Source of the DNA: a virus
IMG/VR virus record: IMGVR_UViG_3300021431_000015
Location: 634-64,633 of that record
Reading direction: 5' to 3' (one strand)
Length of the DNA stretch: 64,000 nt
In this document: one piece after another, positions 33,240 through 41,806 of the stretch
How the letters are laid out: each line of letters starts with the position of its first letter
Position numbering within the stretch: position 1 is the first letter of the stretch
Translations under genes and position numbers: made by a program
Notes under the pieces: generated by a model
What the model was told of the DNA's origin: nothing
Seen by the model: only the letters and a program-made list of their open reading frames with translations
The model's database searches: none

Positions 33240-33889
33240 GACAGCCTCCTGTCCGGGCCGTCGAAGTCGATCACGCCGTATTGGCTCAGACGCGAGACGA
33301 TGGCCTTCGCCGTGTCTGCGTTGCCCTGCACCACGAGCCTGGATGCCAGGTTCTCGTACTGCGTCGTGATAATCGTCCGGCGCTTCGAAGCGTGGCGCTT
33401 GTCAATCACGGCGAACACGATGGGCAGCGCCCATTCCGTCATGTTCTCCTTGCCGAAATCGTCAATCGCCAACAGCGGGACGCCGGTGTAGCGGTCGATA
33501 ATCTCCCGCTCAGTCCCCTGGCCCGAGAACGTCGCCCTGCATTCGCGCAGGATGTCCCCGAAGGTGGCGAACTTGACGCCGTGCTCCTTGATGGCCTCGT
33601 TGAGCATCGCGCAGGCCGTATGGGTCTTGCCCCTGCCGACCCTGCCGCGCAGGATGATTCCCGGCGACTCCTTGGCCGACATGAGCCACGACCTCGCGGC
33701 TGGCGTGCAAGTGTCGAGCCTCGCATCAAGGAAGAGGGCGGGGATGTCAGCCCTCGCCCTCCGCTCCGCGATTATCCTCTCGCGCTCCATCTGCTCCCAC
33801 TGGCGCGACCGCTCATCCATGGCTGCAAGCTCGCTGGCCGTGAAGGCGGGTGCCCTGAAGCTAGATGCCGTATGCCGCAAGCTCCTCAT
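33236..33889 (-). CDS. DnaC/IstB-like AAA+ helicase loader
   Basis: Walker A GRVGRGKTH, Walker B LLAIDDFG. Confidence 0.85.
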   Translation of the reverse strand: MRSLRHTASSFRAPAFTASELAAMDERSRQWEQMERERIIAERRARADIPALFLDARLDTCTPAARSWLMSAKESPGIILRGRVGRGKTHTACAMLNEAIKEHGVKFATFGDILRECRATFSGQGTEREIIDRYTGVPLLAIDDFGKENMTEWALPIVFAVIDKRHASKRRTIITTQYENLASRLVVQGNADTAKAIVSRLSQYGVIDFDGPDRRLS

Positions 33890-34574
33890 CTACGTATCTC
33901 CCCCTTCCGCTACGCCGCTCGTTGAGGTATCCCTCGAACTTGGACGCGCAGAACAGGGTCTCCGGGCGCAGGTACTTGCACATCCTGGGGTCCCTGCCCC
34001 AGTCGGCAACCTTGTTGTCTATGACGCGCTTGAAGTCCTCGAGGGTGAAGCCGTCAGCGAACCTGGCATGTATCAGCTTCCTCGTCTGCTTGCTCTGATG
34101 CCGGTAGTTCGTACCGGCCCTGGAGTTGAGGTAGTCGATGATTTCCTCGTAGGGCAAGTCGGACGATATATTATTTTCTTTATCCGTACTTTGTTCTTCA
34201 GTATTTAGTAGGGGCCAAACTTCAAGGCCTTGAACTTCAAGGGGTTGAAAACCACCACCTTGTTTGACCTGGGGTTTTGGCGTTTCGAAGATGTTATACA
34301 CATATTCGATGCGCCCAGAAGCGCTCTCACCTGGGAAAATCTTGTCGACGATAACGTATCCTGCATCGGTGAGCTCCTCTAGGGCGGATTTGATTGCCCC
34401 TTCCCCCTCCTTGTTGATTGCCGCAAGGCCGGAGATGCTGTACTTCCAGTCGTCTGGGAGCGACAGGATGACCGAGAGAAGGCCCTTCGCCTTCAGCGAA
34501 AGGCCTTTGTCCCTCAGATGTACGTTGCTCATGACTGTGAAGTCCCCGGTCTTGTTGACTCTGAAGACAGCCAT
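33861..34574 (-). CDS. phage replisome organizer / replication initiator (DnaD-like C-terminal domain)
   Basis: N-terminal winged-helix FTVMSNVHLRDKGLSLKAKGLLSVILSLPDDWKYSISGLA; C-terminal ..IHARFADGFTLEDFKRVIDNKVADW..; contains low-GC iteron-like patch. Confidence 0.8.
   Translation of the reverse strand: MAVFRVNKTGDFTVMSNVHLRDKGLSLKAKGLLSVILSLPDDWKYSISGLAAINKEGEGAIKSALEELTDAGYVIVDKIFPGESASGRIEYVYNIFETPKPQVKQGGGFQPLEVQGLEVWPLLNTEEQSTDKENNISSDLPYEEIIDYLNSRAGTNYRHQSKQTRKLIHARFADGFTLEDFKRVIDNKVADWGRDPRMCKYLRPETLFCASKFEGYLNERRSGRGRYVDEELAAYGI
34190..34270. promoter_or_regulatory. putative origin-like iteron patch inside replication gene (aacttcaagg x2, ggggttgaaaacc / ggggttttggcg)
   Basis: AT-rich island with short direct and inverted repeats embedded in an otherwise GC-rich gene. 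Confidence 0.3.
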
Positions 34575-34583
34575 CTACAGCGC

Positions 34584-35009
34584 CTAAGCGAACGGGATGT
34601 CGTCGTCGTACATGGCGGCGCCGGAATCGTACCCGCCGCTCGAATAGCCCTGGTTGTCATACGAACCGGACTGGCTGTCCCTGCGCTGGCTCATGAACTC
34701 CAGCTCGTCGACGATGACCTCGAGCTTGGAGCGCTTCTGGCCGTCGCGCTCCCAAGAGCTGTAATGCAGGCTCCCGTGGATGGCTACCTTCGCGCCCTTC
34801 GTGACGTACGGAGCGACCGCCTGGGCACGCTTGCCGAACATGGTGCAATCGACCCAGTTCGCATAATCCTCCCACTCGCCCGTCTGGGCGTTCTTGCGGC
34901 GCTCGTTGACCGCGAGGCCGAAACCAAGCACCGAGGCGCCTGATGCGGTCTGCCGCAGCTCTGCATCCCTCGTGCAATTGCCCGACAGCGTAACCGAATT
35001 GATGCTCAT
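34584..35009 (-). CDS. ssb: single-stranded DNA-binding protein
   Basis: OB-fold core and acidic C-terminal tail ..MYDDDIPFA. Confidence 0.85.
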   Translation of the reverse strand: MSINSVTLSGNCTRDAELRQTASGASVLGFGLAVNERRKNAQTGEWEDYANWVDCTMFGKRAQAVAPYVTKGAKVAIHGSLHYSSWERDGQKRSKLEVIVDELEFMSQRRDSQSGSYDNQGYSSGGYDSGAAMYDDDIPFA

Positions 35010-35010
35010 A

Positions 35011-35271
35011 TCACTCACCCTTCAAAATGTCCTCGGCCTGGCGCACCGCGTCGGCCTCTTCCTGCTGCATGAGCGCATTGCCGAGAATGGCAACCCCGTC
35101 ATCGCCGATGATTCCTTGCAGCATCACCAGCGCCTTGATGGAGTCCATCGCCCTGGCGATGCCGTACAGCCCGTAGAGCCTCGGAATCCCAAGCTCATCG
35201 GCCTTTGCGTAGACGGCATCTAATGCGGCGTGCGCCAACAGCGCCTTCTGCTCGTTGGTCGGCTGGTCCAT
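35011..35271 (-). CDS. hypothetical protein (86 aa)
   Basis: GGAGGGGA RBS before internal ATG. Confidence 0.5.
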   Translation of the reverse strand: MDQPTNEQKALLAHAALDAVYAKADELGIPRLYGLYGIARAMDSIKALVMLQGIIGDDGVAILGNALMQQEEADAVRQAEDILKGE

Positions 35272-35272
35272 G

Positions 35273-35734
35273 TCACTCCCCTCCAGGCCCCACGAACCGG
35301 AGCCTTGCAATCTCTTCGGGCGTCATCACATCTATGCCGAGCTGCTCGCATTCCCACCTGATGCCGTCGATCAGCTTGGTGAATTCGCCCGTGTCCATCT
35401 TCGAGCTGCCCTTGTAGGCCATGACCTGGCGGTAGACGCCCTCCTCCATGGCAACGGTGCGGTAATCCGCGTCCCAATGCTCGAAGTAATCGGCGGGGTC
35501 TATCTCGATGCGCAGCAGCATCGGCTCGCAGACCCCGTATTCCCTCAGCATCTTCTCGTGGACTTCCGAATCGGACAGTCCCACGGCACGCGCAAGCTCG
35601 TTCACCAGCACCCAGTAGTAGGCGTTCTGCGTGAGCGTGCGGCGCCGCCGTTTCAGCTTGCACTCGTACCGGGCATCGGTCGGCTGGGATAGCAGCCAAC
35701 CGATTACCTCGTCCCTCAAGCCGGTGAAGCTCAT
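35273..35734 (-). CDS. NinB/Orf-family recombination mediator
   Basis: RTLTQNAYYWVLVNELA matches lambda Orf RSLDQNRKLWACLGDVS signature. Confidence 0.65.
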   Translation of the reverse strand: MSFTGLRDEVIGWLLSQPTDARYECKLKRRRRTLTQNAYYWVLVNELARAVGLSDSEVHEKMLREYGVCEPMLLRIEIDPADYFEHWDADYRTVAMEEGVYRQVMAYKGSSKMDTGEFTKLIDGIRWECEQLGIDVMTPEEIARLRFVGPGGE

Positions 35735-36465
35735 TGCATCGACCGGTACATGTCGGCACGCTCGAGCCAGAAGGCCGGGTCTTGCGCCCTGCCCTCGGAC
35801 TTGGCCTTCTCGACCTCGGTCGACCAGATGCCCTCGGGCGACCCGCCACGGCGTCCGCAGAAGCCGACGAGCGCATCCTTGAGCACGTTGCGGGCATCTT
35901 CAAGCGCTGGGTCGGCAGCGGGCTTCTTGGCGGGCTTAGACGGCTTCTCGTTGGCTGCTGGCGGGTCTTCCCGCCCCGGCTTCATGGCCTCCGCCCTCTC
36001 GGACTTGCTCCAAAGGTACGTCGCCACGCCGAAGCGCATGGCACCGTTGCGGATGGCGTCGCCGATAGCCTCCTTGACCGCGTTCGGCCCGGTCTTGCCC
36101 TGCGAGTCCCCGTAGCACATCCTCTTGATGCCGAGAATCGTTATCCAGCACCAGAGCCCGCCGTTGCCGTCGAAGCACGGCAACCCCGCCGCGTTGTACG
36201 CCATCGGCTCGATGTGCCAGAAGGGGTCGACCTCGTTCAGCCGGTCGGTGATTCCCGCATGGCCGACGTAATCCAGGTGCACGGCAGGGAGCGGGTGCCG
36301 CTTGCCGCATTCCGGGCAGTTGCCGTAGGCGTTCTTGGGGACACGACCGTTCTGGTCTTTCTTCCCGCAATACTTTGGCAGCTTCTCGATTTGGTCGTCG
36401 TCGAACGGCCTCTTGAGAAGCTCGAGCCTCTTCTGAAGCTCCTCCTCAGAATAGGTGGCTTCCAT
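35731..36465 (-). CDS. Rad52-family single-strand annealing protein
   Basis: YVGHAGITDRLNEVDPFWHIE and GDSQGKTGPNAVKEAIGDAIRNGAMRFG align to the Rad52/Sak core (YIEGHRVINLANEMFG..GW ; ..KEAVTDGLKRALRSFG). Confidence 0.7.
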   Translation of the reverse strand: MEATYSEEELQKRLELLKRPFDDDQIEKLPKYCGKKDQNGRVPKNAYGNCPECGKRHPLPAVHLDYVGHAGITDRLNEVDPFWHIEPMAYNAAGLPCFDGNGGLWCWITILGIKRMCYGDSQGKTGPNAVKEAIGDAIRNGAMRFGVATYLWSKSERAEAMKPGREDPPAANEKPSKPAKKPAADPALEDARNVLKDALVGFCGRRGGSPEGIWSTEVEKAKSEGRAQDPAFWLERADMYRSMQ

Positions 36466-36951
36466 CTACTCACCCTCCTCAAGTCTGAACAGCTCGTTCC
36501 AGGGCAGGCCGTCAGCGGCCTTGGCGACCTTCTCCGGGTCTATCCTCAGCGTGACGGTCGGCTCCTTCGGCTCAGGCGTGGTGGTGACCATGTCGCATCC
36601 GGGCGGCATCTCGCCCGTGCGGTGGAACCAGAACTCCGCGAACTCCGGGAGGTTTGCCACGACGAACATCTGGAACCCGTCCTCAGCCGTCGTGTACCAG
36701 TCCTCCAGGGCATCGAAGTCGGTGACCTCGAACGTCGTCTTTGGCTTCGGCTCGTCGGGCTTCACGGTGACGGAGCCGACCTTCGAGCCGCTTATGAGCG
36801 CGTCGTAGGACTTGGCCCCCGTCTCGCGGTAGCGGTCGCGGTAGCGCCTGTCGAACTCTCCGCGCATGTTCCCCGGCGTGTTGGTCTTGACCTCAGCCGA
36901 GATCGCCTTGTAGATGCCCTGCGCGAGGAACATCCTCTCGTCGCTATTCAT
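36466..36951 (-). CDS. hypothetical protein, possibly Gp157-like (161 aa)
   Basis: position directly upstream of the annealing protein; GGAGG RBS before internal ATG. Confidence 0.5.
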   Translation of the reverse strand: MNSDERMFLAQGIYKAISAEVKTNTPGNMRGEFDRRYRDRYRETGAKSYDALISGSKVGSVTVKPDEPKPKTTFEVTDFDALEDWYTTAEDGFQMFVVANLPEFAEFWFHRTGEMPPGCDMVTTTPEPKEPTVTLRIDPEKVAKAADGLPWNELFRLEEGE

Positions 36952-37207
36952 CGCGGCCTCCGAGATGCTCAGCTTCGGCGCGTAGCATTTCCTCGACCCA
37001 GTCGGCATACCTTCCTTCTTCGGCGAAGTCTTCGACCACGCCGTCTTCGATGAAGTTCTTGACGAAAAAGGCCATAATGCTGATTCCGCGTGCAAACCCG
37101 GTTAGCGCAGCTTCGCCTACCTCGTCGTTCGACACAATCCTGAATGACAGCGCGGCTTTGCTGAAGCCCTCGCAAATGTTCTTGACTTCATTCAGCTTCT
37201 TGCCCAT
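36944..37207 (-). CDS. hypothetical acidic protein (87 aa)
   Basis: clean ATG, operon context. Confidence 0.55.
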   Translation of the reverse strand: MGKKLNEVKNICEGFSKAALSFRIVSNDEVGEAALTGFARGISIMAFFVKNFIEDGVVEDFAEEGRYADWVEEMLRAEAEHLGGRDE

Positions 37208-37550
37208 CTCTACTCCCTTCAGGCTCCCAGTCCACCATCGGCTGGCGCTTCCTGGAGCCGTCTTTCCTTCCTGTTATCCTGTGGTACTTGATGCCCCTCG
37301 TGGCCTTCTCCGCCATGACGGGCGTGGCGTCCCACTCCTCGCAGTAGTCGACGAACTTGTTCCACTCGTCGGGCCCGAGCGACCCGCCGGTCTTGCATTG
37401 GATGAACACGGCGTCATGCGCCCTCGTGAAGCAATGCACGTCGGTGGGCGACTTGGAACCCGGCGTCCTCAGCGCGAGGTAACCGTGGGCCTCCATGTCC
37501 TTCTTGACCCTGCGCTCGAAATCGGCGCCCCTCTGGTACTGGGTGACCAT
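37188..37550 (-). CDS. Hjc-like PD-(D/E)xK Holliday-junction resolvase
   Basis: GADFERRV..GYLALRTPGSKSPTDVHCF..VFIQCK. Confidence 0.65.
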   Translation of the reverse strand: MVTQYQRGADFERRVKKDMEAHGYLALRTPGSKSPTDVHCFTRAHDAVFIQCKTGGSLGPDEWNKFVDYCEEWDATPVMAEKATRGIKYHRITGRKDGSRKRQPMVDWEPEGSRDGQEAE

Positions 37551-37858
37551 CACTCGGGCTTCCTGGTGAGGAACACGATGGTCCCCGCGTACCCGTACTT
37601 GCGCCTGAAATCATCCGGTATCCTCTGGGATGCCAGGTTCTTGGTCTTGACCACGACCTTGCGCGTCAGCCCGTATTGCCTGAGCAGGCTGACAATCGTC
37701 TGCGTCGACACGTCGAAGTCGGGCAGCTCCAGCACAGCCGCCTCCATATCGGACGCGGCGAACTCCTCGATTGCCTGCTTCGCGAAATCGTCGTGCGGCT
37801 TCCCCTGCTTCATGCCAGGGATGTCCACCATGCTAATCGGCGTCATCTTGATTTCCAT
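37550..37858 (-). CDS. hypothetical protein (102 aa)
   Basis: TGATG coupling. Confidence 0.55.
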   Translation of the reverse strand: MEIKMTPISMVDIPGMKQGKPHDDFAKQAIEEFAASDMEAAVLELPDFDVSTQTIVSLLRQYGLTRKVVVKTKNLASQRIPDDFRRKYGYAGTIVFLTRKPE

Positions 37859-38232
37859 TAGTCCAACCTCGCATCCACGAACCCGTCCGAACTCGAACGG
37901 GCGACCCTGAACTTGAGTTCAGGGTCCTGTTCCATAGCCACCCGAGCCAGCGCTGGCGAGATGGCGTTGTTCACCGATGTGCATAGCTTCTGGCTGAATA
38001 CCAGCGTCCCGTTCAAGACGTCCAGCCCGCCGCGCATCTGCTCGCGGACTGAGTTGGGGCTCGCCTTGTGGTCTGTGGAGTGCTTGGCCTGGTGCCTTGC
38101 CAGCCGCTTGTACCGCTCGAACGCCTCTGGGTTCTCGTGAACCCACAGCCGCGCCCTCTGCACCAGCTTGTCCCCCTTCGAGCCGAGCTGAAGCTCGGAC
38201 TGGTTGCTCGGGGGTGGCCCATAGTCAATCAC
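37858..38232 (-). CDS. hypothetical protein (124 aa), GTG start
   Basis: junction motif AGGGGTGATGCGAA-GTG upstream. Confidence 0.5.
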   Translation of the reverse strand: MIDYGPPPSNQSELQLGSKGDKLVQRARLWVHENPEAFERYKRLARHQAKHSTDHKASPNSVREQMRGGLDVLNGTLVFSQKLCTSVNNAISPALARVAMEQDPELKFRVARSSSDGFVDARLD

Positions 38233-38639
38233 TTCGCATCACCCCTAACGGCCTTGCGGATCGCTTCCGCAACCGGCGCGGAGGTACTGCCACCCTTCGG
38301 GTCGATGTTGACCGCGACCGCCAACGCGATGGCCTTGAGCAGCCTGTTCTGCTCCTCAACATAGGACAGGAGCATGTCAACCCTGTCCGACAGCTCCATG
38401 ACGGCGAGCGCCAGGTCGTCGGAGCTCCCGGCCTTCTCGGGCTCGGCGACACGCTCTGGTTCAGGCTCGGGCTCTGGTTCCGGCTTCGGGTCGTAATACC
38501 CGGTGAGGATTCTGCCGACCGTCGCCCTGGACACGTCGGCTAGCTTTCCGATGCGCTCGTAATCCATGTCCGGGAACTCGGCCTTCAGCTCCTTGACCTC
38601 TGCAACCTTTTCCGGCGTTACTGTCTTTCCCCTAGCCAT
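38229..38639 (-). CDS. HTH DNA-binding protein with (PE)n linker, ends RGDAK
   Basis: DYERIGKLADVSRATVGRIL helix-turn-helix; PEPEPEPEPE linker. Confidence 0.6.
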   Translation of the reverse strand: MARGKTVTPEKVAEVKELKAEFPDMDYERIGKLADVSRATVGRILTGYYDPKPEPEPEPEPERVAEPEKAGSSDDLALAVMELSDRVDMLLSYVEEQNRLLKAIALAVAVNIDPKGGSTSAPVAEAIRKAVRGDAK

Positions 38640-38640
38640 G

Positions 38641-38940
38641 TCACCACCCCATCATGTCGGCATAGGAATCGAAACCCATGCAGAAGACGTGGACGAGCAG
38701 GGCCATGAAGCCGATGACGGCTGCGATAATCGCGCACTCCCCGATGGAGAGGCCGTGCGCGAAGTACTTCCTCTTATCGGATGCTGGTATAATCAGGCGC
38801 GTTAGGAATCCCTGCTCGCCGTACCTATAAAGCGAATGCGCGTTCGTGCGGCGCGGCGGTTCCTCAATCCCCCACAGGGGGTAATAAGTCTGGCGCGGCG
38901 GTGCTTGGCGGCTCGTGCCGCGCCTAATGCTTCTCTCCAT
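38641..38940 (-). CDS. membrane-anchored hypothetical protein (99 aa)
   Basis: GGAGGAAGGA RBS before internal ATG; C-terminal TM IIAAVIGFMALLVHVF. Confidence 0.55.
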   Translation of the reverse strand: MERSIRRGTSRQAPPRQTYYPLWGIEEPPRRTNAHSLYRYGEQGFLTRLIIPASDKRKYFAHGLSIGECAIIAAVIGFMALLVHVFCMGFDSYADMMGW

Positions 38941-39145
38941 TCCTTCCTCCAATCTGCGCGTTGCGCATGAACCATTCGGTCATCTCGTCGACGGCCACTA
39001 TCCCGTGCTTTCGGTTCCAGGGTGGAATCCTCACGGGGAAGGGGTCGTCTTCCCTCGACGCCCATTCCCTGAGCGTCTCGGGCTTGGTATGCATCTCCCT
39101 GGCGGCTTCGGGCACGCTTAGGAAATGCCTCGGCGTGTAATCCAT
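38924..39145 (-). CDS. excisionase-like HTH protein (73 aa)
   Basis: FLSVPEAAREMHTKPETLREWA..PFPVRIPPWNRKHGIVAVDEMTEWF resembles Xis/MerR-type HTH_17; AAGGAG RBS before internal ATG. Confidence 0.55.
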   Translation of the reverse strand: MDYTPRHFLSVPEAAREMHTKPETLREWASREDDPFPVRIPPWNRKHGIVAVDEMTEWFMRNAQIGGRNGEKH

Positions 39146-39162
39146 CGCCGCTCCTTGCAATC

Positions 39163-39239
39163 TGGTGCCCACGCCCGGACTCAAACCGGGAACCTGCCGC
39201 TTAGGAGGCGGCTACTCTGTTCAGTTGAGCTACGTGGGC
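39163..39239 (-). tRNA. tRNA-Arg (anticodon CCT)
   Basis: cloverleaf folded by hand: acceptor GCCCACG/CGTGGGC, D-arm GCTC/GAGT, anticodon arm GCCGC-CTCCTAA-GCGGC, T-arm CCCGG-TTTGAGT-CCGGG, encoded CCA. Confidence 0.8.
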
Positions 39240-39242
39240 TTG

Positions 39243-39317
39243 TGGTACGCGGTGGTGGAATCGAACCACCATCTGACGGTTATAAGCCGCCTGCTCTGAC
39301 CTTTGAGCTAACCGCGC
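39243..39317 (-). tRNA. tRNA-Ile (anticodon TAT, reads AUA)
   Basis: acceptor GCGCGGT/ACCGCGT, D-arm GCTC/GAGC, anticodon arm GGCGG-CTTATAA-CCGTC, T-arm GGTGG-TTCGATT-CCACC, encoded CCA; 3 nt after previous tRNA. Confidence 0.75.
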
Positions 39318-39796
39318 TTTCATCGGCCCCCTGCATGGGGATTGCACCGGGATTGTTGCTACACCTTATGAAGGAAGGAATTTCATGGCTGAGAGGGGCG
39401 CCCGAAAAAAGTTCGTAAAGCGGGCGCTTGCCTGGTTGTTGCGGAGACTCGGCGGCTCCGCCCGGTGCAGCCCCCATGCAAGGGGCCGTAATCTTGATAG
39501 CGATTTCTCGCGGCCACTTCCGCCCTACTTGCATCCCGCTATGCCGAATCCGATTCGCTGCTCGCCCCCTTGCGTCAGGGGGGTCATCGCACGGCAGTGA
39601 CGGCGTTCAACGTACTGGCGTCGGTGGGTATGAGGTTTTCAAGGTGCGGCGGGCGGACCGGCGTTGCTTTGAAGAGAAGGTCGATTTCCCTTGACCGGCC
39701 CGAGGAACCCGCCCGGAAGACTGCACGGCGGTTAACAAGCAAACGTTACGAAACAAACCAATGGGTCATGCCGTGCAGCCTTCCGGGGAGGTTCCC

Positions 39797-39991
39797 CTAG
39801 TCGCCAGACATAAACTTTTCGTAGGGAACCTCAAGGAAATCGCAGATACGCGCATACTCTTCGGCGGTCAGCGTGCGGTTTCCATTAAGCGTCTCGCTGA
39901 GCGCGACCTTCGACATTCCGATGGCGTTCGCGATTGCGGTTTGCTTTATGCCACGCTCCGTGACATATCGCTTGATACGTTTTGCTATCAT
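39797..39991 (-). CDS. Cro-like XRE-family HTH regulator (64 aa)
   Basis: IKQTAIANAIGMSKVALSETLNGNRTLTAEEYARICDFLEV; first gene of - strand early operon, divergent from int-side regulator. Confidence 0.7.
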   Translation of the reverse strand: MIAKRIKRYVTERGIKQTAIANAIGMSKVALSETLNGNRTLTAEEYARICDFLEVPYEKFMSGD

Positions 39992-40007
39992 GTACTCTCC
40001 CTTCTAG

Positions 40008-40027
40008 CAGTTCACCAGTGGTGAACT
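40008..40027. promoter_or_regulatory. operator palindrome agttcacca-g-tggtgaact in the divergent promoter region
   Basis: perfect 9-bp arms; AT-rich 130-bp spacer between divergent HTH genes; related half-site gttcac about 50 bp downstream. Confidence 0.5.
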
Positions 40028-40127
40028 CTTTAGTTATAGTAATTCATTGGTTCTGAACTCGCAAGCGCAAATTTTGAAATTTTTGTTCACTATTGCTAAA
40101 CTTCTGCACACGACGGAAGGTGGCGCA

Positions 40128-40478
40128 ATGGAATCAATCAAAGAGGGCATAAGAAGGAACTTGGTTGAGCTGTTGGCAAACAGCGACAAGAAGAAGAGCG
40201 ACCTCGCCAGGTCATGCGGCGTCGGTAGGTCCGCTGTCACGAACTGGATTAACGGCTCGTCGTCGATTGATATAGAGCGGATACCTGCCATATGCGACTT
40301 TTTTGAAGTTAGCGTCGATGAGTTCTTCGGCAGGTCAAAAATCGAATCGTCGGTGAGAGCGGCCAGCCAGCAGGAAATCGAAATGCTGGCCCTTTATAGG
40401 TCTATGCCCGCACACGAAAGAGAGTTATTGTTGGAGACGGCAAGAACGTTTGCGCAAATGTCCGGGGGTTCAAAATGA
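40128..40478 (+). CDS. CI-like XRE-family repressor candidate (116 aa), co-transcribed with integrase
   Basis: LARSCGVGRSAVTNWINGSSSIDIERIPAICDFFEV HTH; GGAAGGTGG RBS; ATGA overlap with int. Confidence 0.65.
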   Translation: MESIKEGIRRNLVELLANSDKKKSDLARSCGVGRSAVTNWINGSSSIDIERIPAICDFFEVSVDEFFGRSKIESSVRAASQQEIEMLALYRSMPAHERELLLETARTFAQMSGGSK

Positions 40479-41593
40479 GGTCGTCCCTCGGCCAGATACA
40501 GCGCCTCGGCCCCGACTACTACCGCGTGTGGGTAGAGGGTGAAAGGGACTCCAACGGCAAGAGGACGCGTCCGAGCGAGGTCGTTAGGGGAACCAGGCAG
40601 GACGCGGAAATCGCCCTCGCGAAGCTGCTCCTCGCCAACGGCAAGCCAGCCGGAGACGCATCCGGCATGAAGCTGTCGGAAGCCTGGGACGTGTACTACC
40701 GCCCCACCCTCCCCGCAAGGCTCAAGCGGGACACCATCAAGCACATAGACTCGACCTACAAGGCGCACATAGAGCCGCTGTTCGGGGACATGAAGATGGC
40801 CTCCCTCACGACCCGTGGCATAGAGCAGAAGATACTCACCGTCGAGAAGCCGTATGCACGCGACCACACCTTCCGCGTCATGAGGGCTTTCGTCAACCAG
40901 CTGTGGAACTGGGACCTGCTGGACTCGAACCCCTTCGACAAGAAGATGAGGGTCAAGCCACCGAGGAAGGCCGAGCAGCCCGTCATGGGCGCCGGGGAAC
41001 TCGCGGAGTGGACAAGGGCCATGGAGGGCTTCATCCACGAGGCCGCTATCCTGCTGTACCCCTACGCGGGACTCAGGCGCGGCGAGGCGTGCGCCCTCAA
41101 GACGGATGACTTGAGGTTCATGGAAACCGATTCGGGGCTGCTGCTGTTCGCCGACGTCCACGGCGAGGTGCTGGACGACGGCACATACGACGACTCCAAG
41201 ACCGAGCGCAGCGATAGGACGGTCGTGGTGGCCGGATACCCGGCTGCGCAAATCCGGTACGTGGTGGCCGGGATGGAACCGGGCTGGCTCGTCAGGATGG
41301 AGGACGGCAGGAGGGCCACGCCCCACACCTTCTCCAGGAGGTACAAGGAATGGTGCGCCAGGAGGGGCATCCCATACTATTCGATCCGGCAGCTCCGCAC
41401 CACATACGCGACGCTCTCGCAGGCGTCCGGGGTCGATGCCACCGTGACATCGAGGGCCTTGGGGCACACGAAACTCTCGATGGACTACGCCCACTACTTC
41501 ATGGCGAACATGCCCTCGCAGGTGGCCGCAGCCCAGGCAATCTCGAATGCAATCTCCTCCGAGTTGCAACACGATGCAACACGCCTAAAATGA
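40475..41593 (+). CDS. int: tyrosine site-specific integrase
   Basis: 372 aa; core-binding N-domain, R..H.R..Y catalytic signature (..RTTYATLSQ..HTKLSMD..Y). Confidence 0.85.
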   Translation: MRSSLGQIQRLGPDYYRVWVEGERDSNGKRTRPSEVVRGTRQDAEIALAKLLLANGKPAGDASGMKLSEAWDVYYRPTLPARLKRDTIKHIDSTYKAHIEPLFGDMKMASLTTRGIEQKILTVEKPYARDHTFRVMRAFVNQLWNWDLLDSNPFDKKMRVKPPRKAEQPVMGAGELAEWTRAMEGFIHEAAILLYPYAGLRRGEACALKTDDLRFMETDSGLLLFADVHGEVLDDGTYDDSKTERSDRTVVVAGYPAAQIRYVVAGMEPGWLVRMEDGRRATPHTFSRRYKEWCARRGIPYYSIRQLRTTYATLSQASGVDATVTSRALGHTKLSMDYAHYFMANMPSQVAAAQAISNAISSELQHDATRLK

Positions 41594-41595
41594 AA

Positions 41596-41622
41596 AGGTC
41601 AGGGGTGCAAGCCCCTGACCTG
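41596..41622. terminator. bidirectional terminator hairpin between int and late operon
   Basis: ggtcagggg-tgcaa-gcccctgacc, A/T runs on the late-operon side. Confidence 0.5.
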
Positions 41623-41630
41623 GGAATACT

Positions 41631-41675
41631 TGGAGCGGGTGACGGGAATCGAACCCGCGTCAAGAGCTTGGAAGA
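41631..41675 (-). other. attP-like core: 3' half of a tRNA gene (T-arm GCGGG-TTCGATT-CCCGT, acceptor CACCCGC, discriminator, CCA) without a 5' half
   Basis: no matching 5' acceptor strand GCGGGTG upstream, so only the tRNA 3' end is present, as in tRNA-targeting phage attP sites. Confidence 0.5.
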
Positions 41676-41806
41676 GTCTAATCCAACCTTCTGACCTGGG
41701 GTTTTGCAGGATTCCAAAACAGGCGAACCCGCCGAAACACGCTCAAACCAGCCTAAACGCTCCGAGAGTTGCAACACGATGCAACATGCTCACTGTCCCG
41801 TTTATG

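Noticed and set aside
35734-37053. 439-aa + strand ORF across the recombination module
   Set aside because: Antisense to the SSAP and Gp157-like genes, which have recognisable homology and coupling; Arg/Leu-rich junk composition.
38924-39184. Extended Xis-like ORF reaching 39184
   Set aside because: The extension runs into the tRNA-Arg gene; an internal ATG with AAGGAG RBS at 39145 is used instead.
41631-41705. Full-length third tRNA gene
   Set aside because: Only the T-arm/acceptor 3' half folds. No complementary 5' acceptor strand or D-arm; interpreted as attP core.
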